Assembly (NCBI RefSeq): GCF_016433145.1
Contig: NC_058135.1
Span: 240,210,021-240,274,020, forward strand
From: Gracilinanus agilis
Lineage: Eukaryota
Direction: 5' to 3'
Length of the DNA stretch: 64,000 nt
The translations under genes and the position numbers were made by a program. Below, piece by piece: positions 49,578 to 61,249 of this stretch; positions within the stretch are counted from its first letter, which is position 1, and each line of letters starts with the position of its first letter. The notes under the pieces were generated by a model. The model was not told where the DNA came from, searched no databases, and saw only the letters and a program-made list of their open reading frames with translations.

Positions 49578-51149
49578 GCATGCTGTATTCACTCAGAGGA
49601 CCAGAACAGATGGGCTCTGGCCCATCCTCTATTTGAGGATCCTAAATCCAAAATGATCCTTTGCCTCTCTGATACACATAGTTGTCTGGAAGGGATAAAC
49701 CATCAAAGAATTTATCAATTTATTAGACTACTGGACAGAAGCCAAACCTACCTTTGTGCTCTGAAAGCCGTCAGTCACGCTCTCTGCACGCAGAGGGGTG
49801 CAATGGATGACAGATGAAAATGTCAAGCTATGGACCCAGCTTCTCAGAATATTAAGCAGAATAAAGGGGCAGCCATCACCTTTTTGGATCTGACAGGATG
49901 GCTGCAAGGGCTCCAGCTGAGATCTGACTGTCATTGCCCCTAGGTAGCTCAGGCACCTCAGGGAAGGTTGAGGCTGGCATATATAGACAGATATGGGATC
50001 TCTCACAAATATAATTTTTCTCTATAAAAGCAGACCACTATGTCTCATAGTCCAAAGATTGTAGATAGAGCTGGAAGGAATCCATAGACTGATGAGTACA
50101 ATTTCCCATTCTATAGATAAGGAATATGAAACATAGATAATTGAGGTGACTTGTCCAGGGTCAAATAGTAAGAAGTAATTGAGGTGATATTTGAACCCAA
50201 AGCTTTCTGTTTCCAAGTGCACTGTGTTGTCTACTGTACCATACTGCCTCACTACTTCCCCAAGGTCAGAAATAAAGAAGATTGTAGAATGATTGGCCTG
50301 GTTCTTCATTGGCCAACAGCATCAAGAAAGCAATTTATATGACAACTTAAGGTTTTCAAAGAATTTCATATCCATCATCTCATTCAATTCTCAGAACTAC
50401 CTTGTGGGATGCATAGGGTAAGCATTATTACCTCCATTTTACAGATATGGAAATTAATGCATGGGAAGGTGAAATGATGACTTAAGTCTCACCTTCTGCA
50501 AGATTTTCCCACTACTCCATACCTCTTGTTGCCTTCCCTCTGAGATTATCTTGCTATTTATCCTGTATATTCGTTATATGTATATTTTTTGCTTGTTGTC
50601 TCTCCCATTTAAATGTGAACTCCTTGAGAGCGAAAATCATATTTTTGCCTTCCTCTGTATTCCAATCCTTTAGTACAATGCCTGGCACTTAGTAAGTACT
50701 TAATAAAGACTTAAATCTACAGGACAAGAATTCGGGATTAAGTTCATTAGAGCAAGACACCATATACTACCCAGGAACATCACCAAGATGGAACAGAATG
50801 ACTAAATCATCAGGAGAAGAGGAGTGAAAGGATAGAAATCAGAGGAAAAAGAGGGATAGCATTTGTTCTTTCTCAATGGTTAACCACCAGGAGTTCTACC
50901 TATCGGTGAGGACCACCAACTCTTAGCTACATTTCTATACCTCTTTGGAGGATGGAAATACTAAAACTAGATTTCCATTCAAGAGTTTTGAAGGAAAATG
51001 CTCTAAAATCATCCTGTATTCCTCGAACCCAAGCACCATCTTCTCACTTCTATGTAAACACACCTCAGGCAAAAGTCAAGAAAAGAAAACCTCTTATGGT
51101 GGGCTGGTAAGTCATGGTATTCTCATGACTCTTACATTATCTCTCCTTT

Positions 51150-52330
51150 CTATCTTCCAGAAGGGTATTTCAGAAATTCTTCTTATTTTTTTTTCTTTTG
51201 ACTTGGTCTTATTGTTTTCTGATGTCTTACAGATTCACTAGCTTCCATTAGCCCCATTCTAGTTTTTAGGAAGTTATTTTCTTCCTTGAGTATTTGTGTT
51301 TCCCTTTCCATTTGGGTAATTCTTCTCTTTAAGAAGTTGTTTTCTTCATTGTTTTTCCTCCCCATTTCCATTTGGCCTATTCTAGTTTTTAGGAAGTTGT
51401 TTTCTTCCATGCATTTTTAAAATCTATACCTTACATCTTAGAATCAATACTATATATTGGTTCTATGGCAGAAGAGAGGTAAAGGACTAGGCAATGGGGT
51501 AACAGGATCACACAGTTAGGCTATTTCTGAATCTAGATGTGAACCCAGGACTTCCTGTCTTCAGGCCTGGCTCTCCAGTCACTAAGCCACCTACTCTTCA
51601 GTGTATTTTTGTGTCTCCATTTCCATTTGGCCCATTCTAGTTTTTAGTAAGATGTTTTTGTCAATGTGTTTGTGACTTTACTTCCATTTGACCTATTCTA
51701 GTTTATAGGGAATTGTTTTCTCAAGTGAATTTTTTCCAAGCCGTTGAGACTGTCAATTCTCTTATTTGATTTTTTAATTTCTTTTCAAGTCCTCCAATGA
51801 GTTCTTTTGGAGCCTGCCATCCTTTCACATTTTCCTTTGCAACTTCACAAATTTCATTTCTGGCTTTGTTGTCCTCTTCCATGTTCACATTTTGAACTTG
51901 CCTATCACTAAAGCAATTTTCTAAGGTCAGATTTTTTCTTTTTCTTTTGCTCATTTTTCTATTTTTTTAAATTACCTTACCTCTCTATTGTGGTTCTGCT
52001 TTGCTCCTGGGAAAGAAGGAGCACCGTTCCAATCTTGCAAAGGTATCTTCTCTAGTACTTGTGCTTGGCCCAGCTGCCATTGGGTTCCACAGTGTATCCT
52101 TTGTAGCCCAGTTGGCTTGCTGTGAGGAGGTGGGCAGCTATTTTGTCCAGCTAGATTCAGCAACCTGTGCAACCAGTTCCCCTATTGTTTCAAGGGATGA
52201 GCCAATCCCCACTCTGCCACTTCATTGCCTCTGACCATATATCAGTGCTTTGAGCTGGTCCACATTCTCCTGGTTCCCACAGATGCTGCACTCCCTAGGC
52301 TACTCTTCCTTCTCATCTAGTGAGATATTT
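51150..52330 (-). mobile_element. L1 relic: 5'UTR and ORF1 N-terminus/coiled coil, interrupted by a SINE1_Mdo-like copy (51413-51597)
   Basis: ORF1 N-terminus 'MSKRKRKNLTLEN...KNQIREL' followed by repeated 'EENNFLKTRIGQME' units. Confidence 0.85.
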
Positions 52331-52569
52331 TCTTCCTGATTTCCTTTGTTTTGAGGTGATTTATTTTCTTTGTCTGCGCTGGAGGTGGGGGGAGGTTCAG
52401 GTTAGCAGAAAGACCTTTAATCTGTCATGTTAGCTCCCAGCATTCAACTTAGGTTTATAAATTCTGGAGAACCAAAAACTACCTCAATCAATCAATTAAT
52501 AATCAATGCAGCTTTGGAGATGAGATGCTCATTTGGTTTTCCAGTATTAAAAAAAAACACTAGTGGGCC

Positions 52570-53130
52570 AGTCAAATAGCATCTGTGATTGTTGCCCATT
52601 GCTATTCAAAGACCAATCTCCTTCACTTGGTATTCAAGGCCCACTACAATTAAATTATAACCCCCTCTCCCAATCTGATCTTGTCTTATTTCCCTCCACA
52701 AACTCTATGCTTCAGCCACACTATTCACCGTCCCCCAAATCCATCATACATTTTCTCACTTTCTTGTCTTTGCTCACATGCTTGTATGCCTGAAATGTCC
52801 TCTCCTCATATTGCCTTCAAAAAAAATCTCACCTCCAGGCCCTTCAAAGCTCAAAAGCCACCTCCTCTCTGACCCAATCCACCTCCATCCTCTGACTTAT
52901 AATAATCTCCCCCTCCCTTGACTTCTCACGGTCTTTATGAATCTCTCTCACATTCTATTTCATCTTTTTTTTTTGTATAACTGCCTCATCTTCCTGATAA
53001 AGTATAAGTTTCTGAAGGGCAGGAACTGCTGCTTATTCATCTTTATATACAATCCCTCTTCCCTTAGTAGCAAGCATAGAATATTTATACATAGTAAACA
53101 GTCAATAAATATTTATTTAATAGAATTGAA
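52570..53130 (+). mobile_element. L2 3' end
   Basis: 'ttggtattcaaggccc...gataaagtataagtttctgaagggcaggaactg...gtcaataaatatttatttaatagaattgaattga'. Confidence 0.78.
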
Positions 53131-53830
53131 TTGATTCTCTTGTGGGCTGCCTACTATACACACCTGCTAGGCTGAACTTATTGCGTGTAAGCTACTAGAA
53201 ACAGTCCTATTGCCAAGGGATGATTAGATGTCACAATAGACCTTTTCCGTCTCTAATTCCTAGGATTCTCTGAAATGTTCTTCATTATAAGCCGTCACAC
53301 TGTACAGGGCGTGCTGTATCAACATTTATTTAAATATACCAGGCACCAGCTTGTAATCTACATCTGTAAAGATTTTCATCACTGAGACTGCAAAAGAGAA
53401 AACAGCTCAACATTTCCAATTAACCTTTTTTTTACCCTCAATAACTGCAAGCCAACAAATACAACTGAGTTGTGAAGACGTAGAACAAGCATGTGAGAGT
53501 GAAGCATTGAGATTAAATTGGTATTTTCAAGCTATACTATATGGGCCCATGAGTTAGTTCATTATATTATACCAGAAGTTAAAGAGAAGGCATCGTTTTA
53601 GAACTATGATCGAGTCCTAAAGAGTCAGATGTTTCCTTTGAAGATATAACCCCATGAGGGTATTACTTTTTTTTCCTGATTCTCCCTCAAAATCAGAAGC
53701 AAATTAGGTCTTAATAAGTATTCTGAAACATGAGTCTAGCCAGACTACCCAGAGGTCAACTCTCATCATTAGCTGTCACCCCCTAGAATACTGACCAACT
53801 TGGAGCAGGCTGCTAACTCTCTTCTTGCAG

Positions 53831-53917
53831 ATAGAAACAGATGGACCACCAGGACCCCATCCATCGTTCCCTTTCTACCAATGACTTTGAGGATGATATT
53901 CTACTCCTGTGAACCAG
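53831..53917 (+). other. Candidate 87-nt internal exon
   Basis: Acceptor 'gctaactctcttcttgcag' and consensus donor CAG|GTGAGT. One open frame. No recognisable homologue. Confidence 0.3.
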
Positions 53918-53959
53918 GTGAGTAGAAGAGCCAAATTTGGCATAACCCACAAGGGCCAG

Positions 53960-54940
53960 GTTAACTTCCCTATTATCATGTAGGATGCCACCATGCTCCT
54001 ACTCACCTAGATTGGCAACTGTGGTGTCATCCTTGATTCCTCCCTCTCCATCTCTCCATAAACCTCATCAGCTTTTAGATCTTGTCACTTCTCTTTCCAC
54101 AATGTCTCAAACATATCGCCTCCTCTCAATCCCAGTTTCCTCATCATCTAGGTTCTTCATCATCTGTCCTCTAAAGTATTACAACCGCTCCCTTTTAGGT
54201 CTCTGTCTCAAGCCTCTCCCCACCACAATCCATCCTCCACATAGATGCCAAAGTGATTTTCCTAAAGACCAGTTATGATCATGACAACATCCCTCCCCTC
54301 CACTCCCTTATTCAAACTCCAGCTGTTCCTTATTACCTTGAGAATAAAATATAAATTCCTCTGTTTGGCATTTAAATCTCTTTGCAATATGGTTTCTTCC
54401 AACCTTGCCAGTTTTCATACATGCTATTCTCTTCCTCACTATGTCCACTTCAACTACATTGGCCTACTAAATGTGCTCCACACACAATGCTCTCTATCCT
54501 AACTCTCTGTTTTGACAATGACCATCAGCCAAGCCTGGAATGGAACTCCCTCTTCACCTCGAATTCTTGGATGTCTGGTGTCCTTTGGGATTTCCCTCAA
54601 GTGCTGATCTTTCCTCTCTCCCTAAATCTGGTAGAGCTTGCCCTCCTCATAACCACCTTGCATTCATTTTGAATAAAATTATAAATACATATTTTGACTC
54701 CTCCATTAGACTGTAAACTTTTCTAGGACAAACATTGGTTTATTTTAATTTTTCTATTCTTTTCTATTTATATTATATATAAATAAGTACTATATATTAC
54801 ATTTATATATTGTAATAACTATATTATTTATATTATCTTTATATATTTATAATATATTATATTCTATATTTATATTTTAATTTTTTATATTTATACTAGA
54901 GGTTAGCACAACGCTTGGTACATAGCACTTAAGTTTGTTT
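53960..54940 (+). mobile_element. L2 ORF2 3' region and tail with a TA-rich low-complexity insert (about 54770-54895)
   Basis: 'caatccatcctccacatagatgccaaagtgattttcctaaag' and 'ctcctccattagactgtaaact'. Confidence 0.82.
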
Positions 54941-56929
54941 ACAGACACTACCGAGGCAGAATTTCTCAGGAAGTCAAACTATGCATGAGACAAAATCATC
55001 TCTTTGCAGGAACTCCCCAACATAATTTTGTAGGGGCCACTGAGACTCTCCAAAAGTTGGAAAGCACTGGTTCTAGTTTCCATCATGCCAGTATTACTGC
55101 TTCTAAGAAGGGATGGAAATTAGTCTACAAGCCAGGTTACCATTGGACTATTGGGGACATAGGTCTTCCTGTCTGAAAATCTGGCATCGTCTTAAAAAAA
55201 AGAGAGATACTAATAAATCACAAGGAATATTTGGTAAATAATAATAAGTTTGTACTAGGAACGGATGGTGTACGTTTCAATTTAAAAGCTCTTGGCATAT
55301 CATGACACTTAAAAATTGCCTTAGAAATAGAAGACCAGTCATCTGTTTTAAATACTAGAAGGGTTATAATTATCCATTGTAATATGGTAACTAGTTTCTC
55401 AAAGGCTTTACCAGTGGGACATAACTTCTAGCAGGCCCCACCATGCTGAAAATGCTTCGAGTGTATGCCTGGTGATATTTTGTGTATGCTATCAGGGGAA
55501 TCGTTTTTCAGCAAGGCTCATCACATTGCCTCTTCAAGTTCCATGAGTGCCATTTTGATGGGCTAAACAGGCCTTTATGGAGATAGTGGCCATAAGTTAA
55601 GTAGACAGTGTATTCAGTGAAGAACAGAATATTGCTGATCAACAATCAACATTATCCACAATAAGTTTCTTTATCCTCTGCAGAGAATAAAAAGATGACT
55701 AAATTCAAACTCTGAAGCCCCAGGCAAAACCCTATAAAATCAGCCTTCACTCCCCATGCCACTACTTTTAAATGTGTTTTCATTCATTCCAAAAGTTATT
55801 AAATGCACTTAACTGATATGGTGACCTAGAAAGTCATAGTTGGGAGTAATGAAGCCATTTTCCCATGTGTCCAATTATGACTGGTGGCCAGCAGCAACAA
55901 GTTATATGAATGCTTCATGGTGGTATACACTCCAGGCAGGTTTCCAGGGGGAAGAGTGGGTTGGAAAAAACTTTGTAGGCTCTATGTTTAAATATTTAAA
56001 GCAACAAAGAATGGAAACAAATTTAGGGCTTAAAAGCTGAGGAATGACGGAATTCATATTGCCATAGGAATATAATGGAATCTTACTATAATCAATCAAT
56101 ATTTATGAAGTACCTGCTTTGTGCCAAGCACTAGGCTAAGAACTGGGAATTAAAAAAATAAAAGACAGTCACAGCCCTCCAGGAGATTACTATCTAATAT
56201 AATTTGTATCAGACAAAGTTAGGAAGACATAGAACCATAGAATCCTTGGGATCACAGATACAGAGTTGGGAGGGGGGATCTTTGAGGTCATGGAGGCCAA
56301 TTTTCTTATTTTACAAATGAGGAAATTGAGTCCCATGGAGGTTAAGTGGCTTGATAAGAGTCACAATACTAGTGTGGAAGGTGGAATTTAAGCCCAGGTC
56401 TTCTTGACTTTAAATCAACTGGAAAAAGGAAGTTGAAAGTTGGTCGACATGCATTTAATCCCTTACTATGTGCCAAGCACTATGCTAAGCTCTGGGGATA
56501 CAGAGAAAAGACTCCCCAAAATCTCTGCCCTAGAAGAGCATATATTTTAATGGCAGAGGCAGTGTGTAAATTAACAAAATGCATCCAAAATATAGAAGAG
56601 ATGGAACGTAATCTGAAAGAGGAAGGCATTAAGATCTGGAGATACCAAAAGAATCATCATACAGAAAGTGAGCCTCAAGTTGAGTCCTGAAGGAAATTCA
56701 GAAAGTTAAGTCATAGAAGTGAGAGGGAAGAACATTCAAGGTATCAGGTAGGGAAACAGCCAATGCAAAAATATAGACAGGAAATTGAAGGGAGCTGGAA
56801 TGTTATATTGTAGGAACAGAAAATAGGTCAGTGTATCCTGATGAATCATAGAGCTTAAGGGCATTGAAGTGTAGGGATACTAGAAAAAGAAGAAGGACCA
56901 AGTTGTGATGGACTTTAAACATCCAATGG

Positions 56930-57310
56930 TAGACTTATGTGGACAATTTACATAATGGCACAAAAAAAACATAAAGAAAAATAATATTGAAACACTTCAG
57001 GGTTCTGCCCAGTGCAGTGACCAATCATGATTTTAGAACACTGATGATAAAATCTCTTGGCAAGAGAATGAGAGATATGCTTTCAGATGTGAACAATGGG
57101 CTGATTTATTTTTCCTGACTGTACTTATTTGTTACAAGGACAATGAACATTAAAGGAAGGAGATGAGGGGATGAGTCATAAAAAGATATAAAAAAGAATA
57201 AAACAGTGTCAATGAAACATTTAAAACATGCACAAAAGGGAGAAGCAAGCAGTTCTGAAGGGTACATAGACACCTGAAGAAGTTTTCTTACTAATTTGCT
57301 AACAAAAATG
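56930..57310 (+). mobile_element. Old L1 3'UTR relic
   Basis: 'gtgcagtgaccaatcatgattttagaacactgatgataaaa...atatgctttcagatgtgaacaatggg'. Confidence 0.65.
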
Positions 57311-57364
57311 AAACAATCTTGTTATTAGATCACTTAGGGATTCTTATTGAACCATTCTTCTTAG

Positions 57365-57615
57365 GTACTGGTAGATGATGTAGTGGATAAAGTGCCAGGG
57401 CTGGAGTCAGAAAGACTTGAGTTCAATCTGGCCCCAGACACTTCTAGATGTATGAACCTGGGCAAGTCACTCAATCCTGTTTGCCTCTATTTACTCATCT
57501 GTAAAATGAGCTAGAGAAGGAAATGACAAATAACTTCAGTATCTTTGCCCAAAAAAATTATCAAAAGGAGTCACAAAGAGTCAGACACAAATGAAAATGA
57601 CTAAAACAACAACAA
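57365..57615 (+). mobile_element. MAR1-type SINE
   Basis: Full head, core and tail ending in (aac)n. Confidence 0.85.
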
Positions 57616-59029
57616 ATTCTTCTTAGGCCTAGAACATTGTTTATCAAACCTGAGACCTTGGTCAAGCATGCTGGGGAAGGAGATTTCCATAATGCGTAGG
57701 TAACCAGTAGAAGAAGGATCAAGTTTCTGAGGACTCCAAACAATATCAACTTACCTGGCACAGGGACCTGTTAGGGAGACACAACTGGAGAGGAACTCAA
57801 GAACCATGACTCTCCTCCTTGGTGATTTAAAAAAGAAGAAAATACAACTTCTCCAGAGAAGTCTGTACAAAGGGGACCAAAGCTTATTCTCTGCTAAAGT
57901 TCAGGAAACTGGATTAAGGGTAGTCAGGGTAGACTCAGAAGGGAAAATATCTTTTGTCTAGTTAAGGTCACATGGCCTTTCCTCATCCCCTGAAGGGTTT
58001 AGGGTAAAGATCAGAAGGAAGTCTCTTTGACTTCCAATTAATAGAAATACCTCTTGGACTTACCTTTGACCAGTTGGAAAGGAGAATATGGAAGAATAGG
58101 TCAAAGGGAGATTAAATGGGTTTAGGAAAATGATTCTCTAAGACTGCACTGAAAGTTAAGTGAGTATTGTTTTGTTTGATGAAGCAAACTGTTAACTGGT
58201 CTTTTACCTTATTTCAAGCTCTGTAACTATAAGAAATTATATTATAAAATGTTCTTTGTTTGAGAATTACTTCAAAATGACCTGTGTAGAGAGATGTCCA
58301 AGGGCCTGTGGGGATTCTGTTAATTTGGACATTTCTCTTTCTAAGCAGAAAGATGCTTAGATTAGAATAATTTAAAATTAATTTTTCAAATTGTTTCCAT
58401 CAGACGTTTCTCTAAAATTCAGAACACTGAAGAGTCTTTCTTCCATAATAGCACAGTTAAGTTCCTATTTATAGACCATCTTAAAACTCTCTGATTCTTC
58501 GCATCCTCTGCACTACTCCCACCCCCATTTTGCCATCACACTATCACCTTCCCTGTTGAAATTTCAGGGGACTTCTGCACAGTACCAAAGGTTATTTTGG
58601 AATTGTTTTCACATGGTGGGTGACCATAATCAAAGAATTCATCTCCTGGTAGTCAGCCTGCTGAGTCTCTCGAAACTCAGGCTAATCCTCAGGTAGGGGT
58701 GACTGTGAGTCCCCAGGACATTACAGTATGGTAGAACCTGTCAGAGTTAGAATAGCCTCCCAAACCCAGGGACACCTCCTTACCATGCATGATGATCAGC
58801 ATTAAAGGACTTTTATTGAGCTATAACCAATGCTAAATAACCTGTTAGCCACAATTCATGATGCTTTCTAAGTCATCTTATAGAATTGGTGTGAGCTAAA
58901 AAATGTCTACATAAAGGAAAGCTGAAAAGGGATACTTTGTCATTCCATCTCCATCATCATTTAGAGGAGAGATGACATTGCATTGTAGAATTGGTCTCAG
59001 GGGGAGAGGGCGAGGCTGACAGCCTAGAG

Positions 59030-59221
59030 CAGTGATTCCCAAAGTGGGTGCCACCGCCCCCTGGTGGGTGCTGCAGCGATCCAGGAAGGCAGTGATGGCC
59101 ACAGGTGCATTTATCTTTCCTATTAATTGCTATTAAAATTTTTAAAAATTAATTTCCAGGGGGCTAAGTAATATTTTTTCTGGAAAGGGAGTGGTAGGCC
59201 AAAAAAGTTTGAGAACCACTG
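59030..59221. mobile_element. hAT/Charlie MITE, family C, copy 2 (192 bp), inserted in a CR1 relic
   Basis: TIRs CAGTGATTCCCAAA and TTTGAGAACCACTG. TSD GCCTAGAG/ACCTAGAG. Confidence 0.95.
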
Positions 59222-60210
59222 ACCTAGAGTAACAGAAGCTAAATCCAAGAAAATGAAATGTAATGAGGATAAATGTAAAGTCATTCATTTAGGCACAAAA
59301 AGTCTTTTGCACAAGTATAAGATGGAGCAAGAATGGTTAGACAGCCATTCATATGAACAAGACATGAGAAGTTAAGGGAACTGTAAGCTTAACAGTACTC
59401 AGTAAAGTGATATGCCAAAAAAGCTAAATTGATCTTGGGGTGCAATATAATGCCAAGAGGAGATGCTAGTTCTTTTGCATTCTCTCTGTTCATGCCATAA
59501 TTAGATTACAATATCCAGCCCTAGATGCTATGTTTAGAAATAGCACAAAGTTGGTTTTTTTGTTTGTTTATAATTTTAGGAATGATTAATATGGGAAGGT
59601 AAGAAGGATGATGAGGGGGATCTTAAACTGTATCATACAAGGATCAACTAAAGAAATAGAATATTTTTAACTCTAGAAGAGACTTGATGTAGGGATGGAC
59701 CATAGCTGTCATTTTTAAATATTAGAAAGATTGCTTTGCCTCATTGGATGAAGGTAACTTATAGCTCTAGCTCAGAAATTGTGTCTAGCCATAGTTTCTG
59801 TTAGTTGCCCAAAAATCAGTCTAGCTAAGTTCAGAGAGGCTCCTCATCAGATTATTAGCCACTTGGTATTAATGTTTCTGTTATCAAAGCAATATAATAA
59901 CTAGCAAAATGAGTGTTTACAACTCTACAGAGAAGAATACAGAGGAAACCACAATCTCTATTTTGGAAAGAGTACAACAACAAAATCACAGTTTTTTAAA
60001 TAAAATAAAAATATTAATAAGTCCTATAGAAGATGAATTAGGGTTGCCCATCTTGGACCTAGGAAAAGAGCAAGGCTCAGTGGGTAAGGCAAATTTTGAT
60101 TCAATATAAGGAAAACTTCCAAGCAATCTAACTTCTGTAGATATGGAATGGGTTCCCTAATTCACTAGTGGTCTTCAAGTGAAGGCTAGAGGGCCACCAA
60201 AAGCTAAAAA
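59222..60210 (+). mobile_element. CR1/L3 ORF2 3' region and 3' end
   Basis: 'aaatgtaatgaggataaatgtaaagtcattcatttagg' (M.FN.DKCKV.HLG) and a later 3'-end motif 'tggaatgggttccct'. Confidence 0.78.
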
Positions 60211-60218
60211 GTTAGATG

Positions 60219-60567
60219 GTATGTATGGGGTATTCAGGGAGGACTAGCACCTCTAGTAGGAGGGCTTGCTGAGCCCTTTTCAGGGCTGCTCATTCACCTT
60301 TGGTGTCTACCTTTCACACAGTCTTACTTGTGACTCCAAGAAGTTGTAGCATGCATAGCAGCCACATCCCAGAAAAGTTGTCTCACCAGACAAGCTAAAC
60401 CAGGTTGAGGGTAACCATCAATGAATTAGGAGAATGTCTAATCTAAGCATGTGAAGACTTCCCCTAGCCAAATGGATAGATGAGAAAAATTTCTTCCAAT
60501 GCTAAAGATGGCTGAGGCAGGCATCGTGGAGCACTTAGAGCTTAGTTAGACATCAAAGACACCAAGG
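60219..60567 (+). mobile_element. RTE-related marsupial SINE (WALLSI-type), truncated
   Basis: 'ggaggactagcacctct...gggcttgctgagcccttttcagggctgctcattcacctttggtgtc...gctaaaccaggttgagggtaac'. The family name is recalled. Confidence 0.65.
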
Positions 60568-61249
60568 TTTCTTTATTTTTCCCAATTGAGTAAATTCATG
60601 GTTTATGGCTAACATCCACTCATTATATTCTTTCCTCAAATGATCTTTGAATGGCTTATTAATTACTACATCTAACACTTGTAATTGTGATGTCATTCCT
60701 CATGGAATAACAACTAGGTCCGAGGGCATTTCAGCAATTCTCTTCTTCACATTTTCAGTCAGGTAAACCTTGAACACATCAAGGATGAGCAGCAACAAAC
60801 CCAGATGTCTACCCCAGACCACATTCAAGCAATCTAACACAAGTCTTTCATTCATCCATCCCTTTTCCTGAACACAAAGGATCACTCCTGATGTAACTTT
60901 TCTTTAGGTAATTTTTTCACCTTAAAATTATGTAAGGAGTCAGTTTTCGCCATGAGCTAAGACTGCAAGCATCACAATCATTCTAGTTTTCTCATTTCCA
61001 GTAGTTTTAATAAATACTGATTTGGAGCCTTTAGTATTAAAGGGAACATTTGACTGAATATCAAAACAAACAGCCATTTGGTTGGCATTTCCCATCTGCC
61101 CCAGGAGATAGCCATGCTTTTTAAGTATGCTGAGGCACACAATACACAACTTATGGTTTCAAAGCTGGAAGTGCTTGAATATAGTGCAAATTCGACTTTC
61201 AAAGGTACATATTGGGGGAAAATGTCACACTATATTTGGGCTACTATGG
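60568..61249 (-). mobile_element. Tc2/pogo (Kanga/Passer-like, POGK-related) DNA transposon relic with a decayed DD35D transposase
   Basis: Minus-strand peptides GNANQMAVCFD...KGSKSV.IKTTGNEK, QEKGWM...VVWG...LILD, and VIP*GMTSQLQVLDVVINKPFKDHLRKEYNEWMLA. Terminus TA|CCATA at 61249. Confidence 0.88.

Noticed and set aside
51240-51730. CRISPR-like or satellite array of ~40-bp repeats with short spacers
   Set aside because: The repeats are in-frame heptad units of L1 ORF1 in a mammalian genome, and the spacers are homologous rather than unique.
57769-58455. Minus-strand solo LTR
   Set aside because: One TGT terminus is present, but there is no matching second terminus with a TSD and no clear TATA or AATAAA.
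1914-59221. Calling any of the MITEs SPIN
   Set aside because: None has the recalled SPIN TIR CAGCGGTTCTCAACC. Exact family names cannot be fixed without a database search.
60570-61150. POGK gene or exon
   Set aside because: There is an in-frame stop, frameshifts, a decayed first catalytic Asp and a transposon terminus next to it. It is a transposon relic, so no gene symbol is assigned.
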